20,000 bases of DNA, from positions 222,762 to 242,761 of the forward strand of contig MU271185.1 of NCBI GenBank assembly GCA_021432655.1, written 5' to 3'. Source of the stretch: Atractiella rhizophila (taxonomy: Eukaryota). Under the pieces are notes generated by a model that saw nothing but the letters and a program-made list of their open reading frames with translations, was not told the origin of the DNA and made no database searches. Positions 1 to 9,728 of this stretch are shown here, piece by piece (position 1 is the first letter of the stretch; every line of letters starts with the position of its first letter). The position numbers were made by a program, and so were the translations under genes.

Positions 1-3000
1 GTCTTTGCCTTGCTCTCTCGACGGTTGATGCAAGTTCAACGTCCTATCCGAGAGTTGATTCCTTATTACGTAGAACAATGCAATAGATCAACGAACGTAT
101 TGAGATCAAAAGACGGAAGCGTACAATACAATACATCTGAAATTGGTGACGTTTAATGATAACCAGATTATTAAATGGAATCCGATGAGTCAATAGAGTT
201 TGAATCGAGAACTTGCTATCCGGTCAGCCTACGTGGTCTTGGTTTTAAAGTGAACCAATCGTTCGTTGTTGAGTAGGGCACCGACCATTGTTAAGCAGGT
301 TCTTAGTTAGACTTCCTCGTCAACTGCAGCATCTATTCTCTGCCTAGTTGGTTTTCAAGTGATGAAACGCGAGGGTACAGTCATCCTCCGTTGCAAGTAC
401 GAAAAACCTTCTTTCCTTTCGATTTAGCCGAACTTCACGATAGCTAAAGCTGTTACCGAGGTATTCTTTATTTCGGGACACAGTTTAAAGTCGTCCTATG
501 CCTATCAACGTGTATACAGCTGACTCTCTTTTTCGTTAGCTACGTGTCTTTTCGAGCTTTCAAGTCTCAAAACCGTTGCTGGGTTGCTACGCGATCATCG
601 TCCAACCTAAATACTTTCCGGTGTAACTATAACGTTTGAACCTCTTTTATCCTGAAAACTGGTATCGCCTTTTCGAAGTCTTGGTCCGAAAAACCCCTAC
701 TGTTTCGGCCTTTCCAGCTCCAGGTGACAGCTGTTTGAAGTAGTACACCAGCTCTTCCTCTCCTTTCTGCTTGGAACGGTGCGCTCCTTAATTCCCAGCG
801 TTATCCAGAGCGTAAACTCGCATTGTCCGATGCCTTTCACCAGTGCCAGTCTAGTAGCTGGAAATACTTTTCACCACCCGAATGTAGCGTTTGGACCCCT
901 GTCATCCTTTCCTAATAGTTGTTTACTCACTTTTTGTTTCCCGATAGTATGCCAGTGCGTTGGTGGGCCCAACCCTCATCCTGATCGTTGGCAGACCCGA
1001 GACATCTTGTCAGTTGTACGTCCAACCCTTCGTTCTGCCAGAGTGCTTGTGCTGCTTTCGATGCTGTCGCCGCTTCCGCATCCTCTTCAAGTAACAACAA
1101 AGAACGACACAACTCCTTCAGAAACCGCAGAAGACTCCCTTTCTCTCCTGTGTCACCACGAAAATACCATGTGACTCTGATAGTCTTTTTGCCTTTCTTT
1201 TTACAAAAGGGACGCTAAAAGTAGAAAGTGTCCCCTACCTACTGCCGAGTTAAACTAAGTAGAGGTTGACATGTTCTGCAACTTCGTTTACAACAACACA
1301 AAGAGAGAGATCTCTGTCTCTTACATCTAAATTGCGGCATGGTTTCTATGTATTACTTAACTTGTCACGTCCGAACATTGCTGTGTTTAAACAAGCGCGC
1401 GCTTGCGAGACAGTACTACAGCTATTAGTTTGAAACACAAAGCTTAAACGCACCTTACTTTCGAGTCCTTTGCTGCTTATAAGACGGAACGTGTCGGAAG
1501 AGTGTGTCAACTTTCGCGGCATTAGATCCGATTTTAGTACTTACCGAGGAGTACTGTTATAGTGTTTCCCCCATTTACTAACAACATTACCCTTTATTAT
1601 ACCGGGTTATCCGTTTGTCTTTACCCTTGTCGTGTCCTGCTGCTAGTGGTTCAAGGGGCAAGTTATCATGTCGTTGTGAGTGTTTCCGAGACCGCGAGTA
1701 ACTATCGAGCACCCCAAACAATTATAGGCCGGTCATCAACGAGGAAGGAAAACAGAAGACGGCTAGTACTACTCATCAAAGTAAGGTCGAGTCAAGCGGG
1801 ATAGTAAGTCTGGCAAGTTCTTCGCCGATCCGCCCCTCATTGTCGGTATCTTTTGCGCTGTAGTCGTAGTTACAAACGTAAGCTACTAAGAACAAACTTC
1901 GGAGACAAGTTATTCAAAGGGCTCTTATCGTTGCAGGCGTTACGAGGTCATAAGGTCGTAATCCACGTCTCCACGTCGTCAGAGTTGTTGTGGATTAGGT
2001 AGCTGTGGTAGGAAGAGAGCGCTTGCCAAATGACTATAAGGAAGAAAAGGCTAGGAGTTCAGCTAAAGCTCGACTCGGATCCTACCGACTCCAAAGCAGC
2101 GCATCTCTACGACGTTGCGTCCGTGCTGACTAGAGAAAAACCGAAGCAAGAAGAGGGCATTGTGCTAAATACCCGATGTCACACTAGAGAGAAGAGTCAC
2201 CCTCCTAAGAGTCTTTAGTCTTAGCTGACAGGAGCAAGTAGCTTAGCGGGGTTCTTCTGATGGGCGAAGTTTAAACGAGGTCGAAAGGAAGGAAGGGAGA
2301 AAGGATAGGGAGGATGGCGACTGTTAAGTGTGTGAGGCAACATTAAAACAGAATGGAGATCTTAAGTGTGCGCTGCTAGAACATTTCAGCTAAGGCTGTA
2401 ACAGGATAAAAAGTGAACTTGGATAGCCTTTACGGCAGCTCTTGCTACCACACCGCTTGGAAACCTAATGAGAGCTGGCCTTAATAAAGTAATATTGGAA
2501 ACCCTGCAGTGACACCACGAACTTGCTGTTCTTCACCGTGAACTTACCGTCCGTCAACTGGGCGTGCAAACAAGAAGGTCTTTTAGCGAGAGTCCGATAG
2601 AAGTGGGGGAAATCGGGATATAAGACTGCTGCTTGTCCGCAAGCAGGGTTAGTCGCTACCCCTTACCGGTCGGCAGAGTAGGGAGACCCTTTTGTTACGC
2701 TTGTAGGACGTTTAGAGTGACAGGGGTAGAAGTGACAGGACGGGGTAGAACGCGGACGGACAGCTCGAGGAAAGAGAGGAGAAGCTAAAACAGTTTAATA
2801 GAGAACTAGATCTGCTTTAGTCTTCAATAAAAATAGACCCGTGAGCGATTTGGGGGCTCTGAGGTGCTTCAGACGGTCGAGACCTCCTGAGAAAGTTAAG
2901 GAATGAACCTTCTTGGGGATAAGACACTGCTTCTTCGTACGAGTGAATTTTGACGTAGGAGCGTCACCTGCAGACACCGAAAGGGACGCCAAATTACCAA

Positions 3001-3655
3001 TATAGTCATAACTCGAACGTTTTCTCCAGCAGCGCTCAAGCGGCTTACAATGCAGCAACCTGGACTTACGTAAAACCTTACTTCTCCTCCGTTTCTACTA
3101 TAATTCACGACAATTTCCAAACTTTTCCCACGTACTGTATAGGAAACCTGCTTACGCGCACTCTCTAGACTCCGTCTTCCTCCCCCCTCGTAACAGCCGG
3201 GTTTTTCACCTTCTTCACACTTGACCTCTTGAAATACGCTTGCCGCTCACCTCCTAATGTAGCGAGCTATAAGTGCTGCACCTGCTGACAAGGAGGAGGA
3301 GGAGAGGAGGAGACGGCGGTCGTCCAGAGGTTAATGGAGAACCGAATTGTAGGGATCTTGAACTGTTTATGGGCGGGGAGGGGAGCGAGAGGAGGGCGTT
3401 TGAGAGGCTCTCGACTGAGAGTTGTTCAACACGGGGTGAGGGAGGAAGGTAGAGTTCAAGGGAAGACGGCGGAGTCGACGCTTCAGAGTTTTAGTATGAG
3501 CGGGGGAAGAGGCGACCGCCTGTCTGGAGGTAGGATGACCGAGGCGAGTTGAATTGTGTGGAGCTTGTCGAATGGGAGGAGCAGGAGCTACCACCGCTCC
3601 TTAGCAGTTTGGACCAAAGGGGGGTCAAGAAGGCATGCTAATTTTTGAGTTTCTT
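1..3655. pseudogene. Degenerate, TpA-rich coding-like relic (decayed gene or transposon remnant; no recognisable domain)
   Basis: No long ORF in any frame. Minus-strand translations read protein-like between stops (e.g. 3594-2896 has only 3 stops in ~230 codons; 2605-1920 has 14 stops, all TAA/TAG). Hand counts of TpA:ApT are 23:11 (1381-1620) and 16:5 (2641-2880), versus 3:10 (3721-3960) and 6:14 (7621-7860). No RT, integrase or transposase motif, terminal repeat or TSD was recognised. Confidence 0.5.
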
Positions 3656-4285
3656 TTATATGCGCTCCGGACTCCTGCTCCGTTCTCTGACCGGACTTCT
3701 TCCCACGCTCCGCCTCCGTGTCGACGAAAATTGAGGGCTGGTCGATAGCTGCATGTGCCTCGAACCCCTGCTCTCTCTGCTCCTGCTCCGCTCCCTCCGA
3801 CTGTAACTTCGTTCGCGCATTTGCCAGGCCCGTCGACCATCGTATCCAGAATTTTGCCTCGAGCGAGATCTGCCAGAAACAGAGCGGGACGAACGAGGAC
3901 GTGAGGGTGATCGGGCTCGACCACGAAAGTCCTCTTCTCGATCGTTGGAGGGAGGCACCGAAGGGGTCCGCGGAGGTGGAGGCATACTCGTATTTGTAGT
4001 AGGAGGTAGAGGTTGCGGAGTAGGCGAATGTTCAGGACGCGGAGAGAGCGACAGTCGAAAGATCTCGTCTGGGGTTGAACCTCGTCTCTGAGAGAGGTTA
4101 TTTGGTGGCAACGATGGCGCACGCTCTTCGTTCGAGGTTGGCAGTGGCACTTGCCCCGAGCCAGATGCAGAGGCTGAAGACGAAACCGTTTCGCTAGTCT
4201 TCCCCTTCTTCGTTTCCAGACCCGAATCGACCTCCATCACATCCGGCTTCGCCTCCGAGTCTACTTCCATCGCAGGTTCAGACAT
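3656..4285 (-). CDS. Low-complexity Arg/Ser/Pro-rich hypothetical protein, probably C-terminally truncated
   Basis: 209-codon ORF (MSEPAMEVDSE...RARSPSRPRSSRS...RERSRSPERI*). The frame is open upstream to ~4510, with a possible acceptor ctctcatag near 4454. The stop coincides with the start of the TpA-rich block. Confidence 0.5.
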   Translation of the reverse strand: MSEPAMEVDSEAKPDVMEVDSGLETKKGKTSETVSSSASASGSGQVPLPTSNEERAPSLPPNNLSQRRGSTPDEIFRLSLSPRPEHSPTPQPLPPTTNTSMPPPPRTPSVPPSNDREEDFRGRARSPSRPRSSRSVSGRSRSRQNSGYDGRRAWQMRERSYSRRERSRSRESRGSRHMQLSTSPQFSSTRRRSVGRSPVRERSRSPERI

Positions 4286-4637
4286 GTTCGCAGGTGCTGC
4301 CGTCTGACTTCGAGCCGTCTCGATCTCCTCAAGGTGTTGACGGAGAGTTAGGACCTCGTTTCGAATAGCGAGAAAATCTGGCGTGTTGGGGAAATGTAAA
4401 ATTGGTTTTCGAGGCGTGTCCAGTGCTACATTGTTTTGGATAGCAGGGAAGGTCCTATGAGAGAGTTGTGTGAAAAAGAAATTGATTGTAAGGCAAGTGT
4501 GGCGAAAACATTATGCGCCAATGTTTCGAGAATTTTGAAGTTTGGAAAGAGGAATACAGAGAAGATTAGGAAAGAAGAGCTCTTCCCGGACCAAATAACA
4601 CAGAGCTTCACTGCACAACCACAAAAGAAGAAAGGAC

Positions 4638-5910
4638 TCACAGTCTTCGACAAACGTCCTTAAATTTGAACAACCACTCTACCAAATCCTCCTCCTCCTC
4701 CTCATCCACCGTCTCACACTCCTCCAAACAATCCAAAACCACACCAAAACACATCGCATTCCTCTGCACTGCTTCCGCATCCACTTCGTCCACCTTTCCA
4801 AACAGCGCGACGAGGTACGATCGCAACTTGGTCCATGGAACCGGCGCTATGAGCGCGAGGAGGAGGTAGAGGGCTGGGAGACGGCGTGGGTAGGATTGGT
4901 CTGGTGAGTGATAGTGTAGCAGACGGAGCTTGTCTCGTGAGTGTTGGAGGATGCGGCGACGGTCGAGTTTGGTCATTGAGCGTTTTTCTGAGCAGCAAAG
5001 CATTAGCAGTTGGATGGAGGCATACGCAAGCATACAAGCTATGGAGTCAAAGGAGGTGGTTGGAAGTTATAAGCAATAACGTTGTAAATATGCCTGCAGA
5101 AATAAGCGAGGCAAGAGAAAAGTGGCTTGAAGAGGATGTCATGGTTGAAGAGCAAAACTGTATTCGTCATTATCAATAAGGAAGGTACTCACTTAAGGTG
5201 CTGCGTTAGAAATCCTTCAAATGCTTTTCAGAAACTTCAAAAGCTGGGATCACTGGAAACTGAAGAGAACAATTTCTGTGCCGCCATAAAGCTGACTTGA
5301 CTGCCGTAGTGAGATGCTTCCCGTAGTTCTTTCTGTAATCATCTTTCCCGTTTGTCCCTATTCCATGGAGAGAGGTTGATGAAAGAGGAAATATGTAGGG
5401 TGGTATTAGATCGTGGGAGGAGGTTGTTATCGAGGTGGAACCATTTAGGGAAACATTCTCAGTGAGCCTTTGTTGGAAGCAGGCAGGCTTTGCAGGCAAA
5501 TGAGCAACACTTTGACTCGGTGCGGTGCGATTATCCTTCAAGCAATTAGCTTGAAAGCGAGCTGGGTGTCTCACCGACCATTCTAAAGAATAATTCTTAA
5601 TGACGAGATGAATATGGGCCATTGAATGAATACGGCCAAGATGCTAAGAGCTGAGAATTGAAAGGAGACTGACAAGTCGAACAATGTCGATCTCGATATC
5701 ATCCCGATGGTTTAGAGTCTTGCGCGTGGCACTGAATAGTTACGAATGGGAGCTAAACGCTGCAGAGTCTCGTCTGCAATCGTTGCGCACTTCGCAACGC
5801 ATTAGGATGTGGTTTTTGCTTCCTATCACCTCGTTCAGATCAGTGAGGATAGAGGAAAGAAGTGACTTTCACGTTGTGCGATATATCCGTTTCTGTGAAC
5901 TGGCACGGTA
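4638..5910 (-). pseudogene. Multi-exon hypothetical gene with apparent premature stop codons
   Basis: Exons 5622-5193, 5157-5026 and 4987-4638 join in frame via GT-AG introns 5192-5158 (GTGAGT, 35 nt) and 5025-4988 (GTATGC...CTAAT...CAG, 38 nt), giving ...KHLKDF*RSTLILLFNHDILFKPLFSCLAYF...PLTP*LVCLQKRSMTKLD...DVCRRL. In-frame stops are TAA 5208-5206 and TAG 5041-5039. The 5' end is unresolved and both introns are unusually short. Confidence 0.45.
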
Positions 5911-6374
5911 ACTTTGTGAAGAGAAAGGCTTTTAGTTCTCACTCTCAGCTGCTCTCCTACTTCGAAATGTACGAGCTGAAGCTGTGTCAACCCCGGTCTC
6001 CTTCGAAAGTTGGATGTGTCAGCGTCAAAGACAACTAACCATCCCAGTGGACACCGATGAAGTTTGGCATGCCAATTGCTGGGTTTAGAGATTGCGGCAT
6101 TGTCATGTAGCTTACGGCATAACGTAACACTGTGAGAGTCGCATGTTATGTGATGTAACATCGGATTCAACAGGCGTAAGGACGATGAGCCACGATGAGC
6201 ATGAACATCTACATTTTGGATGACGTAACAGATGCTGCTGAAAGGATCAGGTACTTGCTTTTGCGAAGGAAAGGAGTCTCGCTACTATACTGGATAAGAG
6301 CAAAGAACATTGGTCACCCAATGGCTCTTCATTTCTAAAGCATTGATCCCTACTCCTTCCGGAATGATTGCAGG

Positions 6375-6717
6375 GGATGGACGGAAGTGTCAAGTCATGT
6401 ATGAGACTCCGTCGCGCTGCAGAGTGCAGAGAAATCGAATGTAGTGAGCGGGGGCATGAAAGGCGCCGACGACGGCATGCTTTTCGTAACCTTTTCGTCT
6501 TCTTTCGCTTGGACCCATTGAAAGCACCAGAGGGTGATGTATCGATGATGTGTGACAGTTGCAGCGAGGAGGACGGAAAGTCGCTGCCCTGCTACTTCTC
6601 GAAAGTTCAATCCTGCCCTAGAGCGTAGGTTACTCGTGAATCCTGAATCAGAAGTCTCCTTAGAGCCCAATGGGGATGTGCGACCATTTCCATGTTGGTC
6701 GTCTCCGACTATAAAAG
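6375..6717 (+). promoter_or_regulatory. Promoter of thaumatin-like copy A (conserved blocks and TATA box)
   Basis: TATAAAAG at 6710-6717, ~75 nt upstream of ATG 6790. Blocks GGAAGTGTcAAGTCATG, GAGCGGGG..CATG, CGACGGCAT, CCATTGAAA, GGACGGAAAG and AGCGTAGGTT occur in the same order upstream of copy B. Confidence 0.6.
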
Positions 6718-6789
6718 CCTGGCGACAACAGCAGCTGTAAGACATCCTTCAGTCTATCCAACACTGCATTGACAGAGGCCAAATCTCAA

Positions 6790-7543
6790 ATGGTTTCCGC
6801 GCCTTCCGTCTTTGCGCTCAGCATTTCCTTGCTATCTGCAGCGACTGCAAGCCACGTTGTCAATGTCTACAATTACTGCGGTGAAGCTAAGCGAGGTCAC
6901 GTCAAGTCAGGTATGCGAATGCTCAATGCTCGAGAGCGGAGTCGTAACCTCTTCTCAGGTTCCTTCAACTACGTTAGTAGCTTGTTGCCAACTAATGGTG
7001 GTCGACAAACGGTCACTCTCGACGAGAGAGCAAGCTCCTTCATTGTCTTTGGAGAAAGTGGAGAATGCCCAGGTAAATCTGGATCTATACATATATAGTC
7101 GTTGTCCTCAAACTGAATCAAACTTCAGGGGATGATGGACCTGGATGCACCAGACTAGAGTGCGATTTCCACGGTGCGTCCTCCTTTGTAAGATTCATAT
7201 CTAACGCTTCATTGAACAGACCCAAATTTCCAACAAGTACGTGTTCACGTTTATATGACCGCAGTGCAAATCAAACTCACATTGCATAGTGCAATCTCTC
7301 TCGTGTTGCGGGTTGGAGCATCCCTCTCGCTTGGTCCTAAAGCGATGGTGGCTGCACTGGCGGGCACTGCCCCAGTCCCAGCTCTGGCCCCGCCGACTGT
7401 TGGGTTCCGGGAGTTGACGATGGACGGTAAGCTGTCTTCAACACCATCGCAACCATTACTGACCTGCGTTCTGCAATGACAGATCGCTCAGGCAGTGCAA
7501 TACTCCCAGTGTAGGGATCAATCTCTACCTCTGTGGCGCTTGA
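6790..7543 (+). pseudogene. Small secreted thaumatin-like protein, copy A, with nonsense mutation
   Basis: Exons 6790-6910, 6959-7072, 7129-7173, 7220-7236, 7290-7426, 7483-7543, all with GT-AG introns. Product: MVSAPSVFALSISLLSAATA-SHVVNVYNYCG...GESGECPGDDGPGCTRLECDFHDPNFQQCNLSRVAGWSIPLAWS*SDGGCTGGHCPS...LRQCNTPSVGINLYLCGA. It has a signal peptide and 10 Cys with small-TLP-like spacing (family call from motif recognition). TAA at 7338-7340 corresponds to TGG in copy B. Confidence 0.8.
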
Positions 7544-8125
7544 TAGCTTGAACTGGGACTAACGCTTCTGCTTCCTACGAGTACTGCGTCAGATTATCTG
7601 GGAATGGTATGTCGCTCTAGGTGTAGTTCCAAAACGCGCACGCATCACCAAAGGGACATTCCTCTTCCCCAATCCCAAAATGGGTGAACCTTTGCAGGAT
7701 GCATTCGCCGTCTGAAAAACTTTGCTACCTTTGCAGCGGCTTGGCTGGAGGATCTGAACAGAGACATGCCTTTTTCCCTTACACCGACTTGATCAATTTG
7801 GTGCCTAGCATCGCAATCCCTGGCCACAGAAGTTCTTACTGTTGAGCATCCTGGGAATAAAACACTGAATCTGGCATGTTATGGTCAGCTCCTCTGATCT
7901 GGGATCCGATTAACGTGTCGGGGATGAACAAATGAGTGACTCCAAGCCGGGATGAAGCAGAGACTTTACCACGGCGCTACCGAAGCGATGAGTTCTTTTC
8001 ATCATGCTGCTTTCCAAGAAAAGGTCCTCCATACGGGGAAAGCGGAGTGAACATTGGGTCCCCGCATGTCCTTTTCCTTTTCTTCCAATCATTAATTCCT
8101 AGTCCTTATTGGGAGTGAATGCGAA

Positions 8126-8462
8126 GATGGGTGGAAGTGTGAAGTCATGCATGGACGTCCGTCCTGATGCCAATGTGAGCGGAGTAAAGAAGAGCGGGGG
8201 CATGGAACATGCCCACGACGGCATTCTTTTCTCGGCTTGTCTCGTCATCGGCTATGGGCTTTTTGGCTTGGCTCCATTGAAAAAAGGCTGGAATAATGTG
8301 AGAACGACTCGAAAAAGGACGGAAAGCTACTGTCTACTATTTCTCGAGCGTTCACTCTCCTGCTCTAGCGTAGGTTTCTCCTCCTTCCCCATCAGGAGTC
8401 CCCTTAGCATTCCTCGGGAATGTGCACCAGTGGACCATGTCGCTCATCATTAACTATAAAAG
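8126..8462 (+). promoter_or_regulatory. Promoter of thaumatin-like copy B (conserved blocks and TATA box)
   Basis: TATAAAAG at 8455-8462, ~70 nt upstream of ATG 8531, with conserved blocks collinear with 6375-6717. Confidence 0.6.
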
Positions 8463-8530
8463 GATGAGGATAGTGGTAGATGTAACCCATCCTCCAGTCA
8501 ATCTAATTCCGACAGAGGTCGACTTGCAAA

Positions 8531-9598
8531 ATGGTTTCCGCATCTTCCGTCTTTGCACTCAGCCTTTCCTTGCTGTCCGCAGTGACTGCAAGCCACGTTG
8601 TCAACGTCTACAACTACTGTGGTGAACCCAAACGAGGCCACGTCAAATCGGGTACGTAATGTGGGTGGCTCAGAACGGAATTGTAATATCTTCCTAGGTT
8701 CTTTCAACCATATAAGCGGTTTGTTGTCTACTAACGGTGGTCGACAAACGGTCACCATCGACGAGAGGGCGAGCTCCTTTATTGTCTTTGGAGAAAGCGG
8801 AGAATGCCCAGGTAAAGTACCATCCGTCATGACGATCTCTGGACTAAGCCAAGAGCATCTTCCGTCTTTGCACTCAGCCTTTCCTTGCTGTCCGCAGTGA
8901 CTGCAAGCCACGTTGTCAACGTCTACAATTACTGTGGTGAACCCAAACGAGGCCACGTCAAATCGGGTACGTAATTGTTCCGTGGCTCAGAACGGAATTG
9001 TCATCTCTTCCCAGGTTCTTTCAACCATATAAGTGGTTTGTTGTCTACAAACGGTGGTCGCCAGACGGTCACCATAGACGAGAGGGCGAGCTCCTTTATT
9101 GTCTTTGGAGAAAGCGGAGAATGCCCAGGTGAAGTATCATCCGTCACGACGATCTCTGGACTAAGCCAAGTTATACAGGGAACGACGGGCCTGGATGCAC
9201 CAGGCTCGAGTGCGATTTCAGCAGTATGCTTTTTCCTCTCTCAAACGTCTAGTTGTAACCCTGTATTCAACAGACCCTAACTTCCAACAAGTACGTCTCC
9301 CCGCTATAACTTAACAGTCCACTCACGTCGTTTCCGTTCTTCAGTGCAATCTCTCTCGTGTTGCTGGTTGGAGCATCCCTCTCGCTTGGTCCTGGAGCAA
9401 TGGCGGCTGCACTGGCGGGCACTGCCCCAGTCCTAGCTCTGGCCCTGCCGATTGTTGGGTTCCCGGAGTTGATGATGGACGGTAAGCATCTTCAAGGCTT
9501 TTTGCACTCATGACTAACCTGCGTTCTGCAATGATAGATCGATCAGGCAGTGCAACACTCCTGGTGTAGGAATCAATCTCTACCTCTGCGGCGCTTGA
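8531..9598 (+). CDS. Small secreted thaumatin-like protein, copy B (contains internal exon 1-2 duplication)
   Basis: Exon 1 8531-8651, exon 2a 8698-8811, duplicated exon 1' (to 8966) and exon 2b 9015-9128, then exons 9179-9223, 9274-9290, 9345-9481, 9538-9598. Using one exon-2 copy gives an intact 144 aa secreted Cys-rich protein ending ...SIRQCNTPGVGINLYLCGA*. Intron positions are identical to copy A. Confidence 0.78.
8540..9170 (+). repeat. Direct tandem duplication, ~315 bp unit (8540-8853 / 8855-9170)
   Basis: Both units start GCATCTTCCGTCTTTGCACTCAGCC and end GATCTCTGGACTAAGCCAAG, with one extra A at the junction (8854) and a 2-nt length difference in intron 1. Confidence 0.95.
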
Positions 9599-9698
9599 TA
9601 GTTTGTACTTGTGCCCAATGGCCTTAATACTTTGGTACTGATATAATTTCATTTGTGGCCATTGCTTTTTGAACATCCACCACGAGAGACATTTTGAA

Positions 9699-9728
9699 TA
9701 CCCTTCAAGTTTGTACCCTTCAAGTTTA
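9699..9728. repeat. 15-bp tandem direct repeat
   Basis: TACCCTTCAAGTTTG / TACCCTTCAAGTTTA, downstream of copy B. Confidence 0.85.

Noticed and set aside
779..2218. Plus-strand ORFs 779-1174, 988-1218, 1562-1804 and 2030-2218
   Set aside because: Short, with no motifs or splice support; they lie in the degenerate block and are probably chance or antisense shadows.
2716..2750. Short imperfect tandem repeat AGTGACAGGGGTAGA / AGTGACAGGACGGGGTAGA
   Set aside because: Only two copies; ordinary slippage with no evident function.
1..3655. Assignment to a specific transposon class (LTR, LINE, DIRS, Helitron, DNA transposon)
   Set aside because: No RT, RNase H, integrase, recombinase, helicase or DDE motif and no terminal repeats or TSD were recognised in the translations. 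Overall stop density in the long frames is near random, so the ancestral frame is uncertain.
8498..8956. 152 aa minus-strand ORF with a repeated CxxC-containing motif (VACSHCGQQGKAECKDGRC)
   Set aside because: Antisense shadow of the duplicated thaumatin-like exon 1; the plus strand has the signal peptide, splice sites and silent-site pattern.
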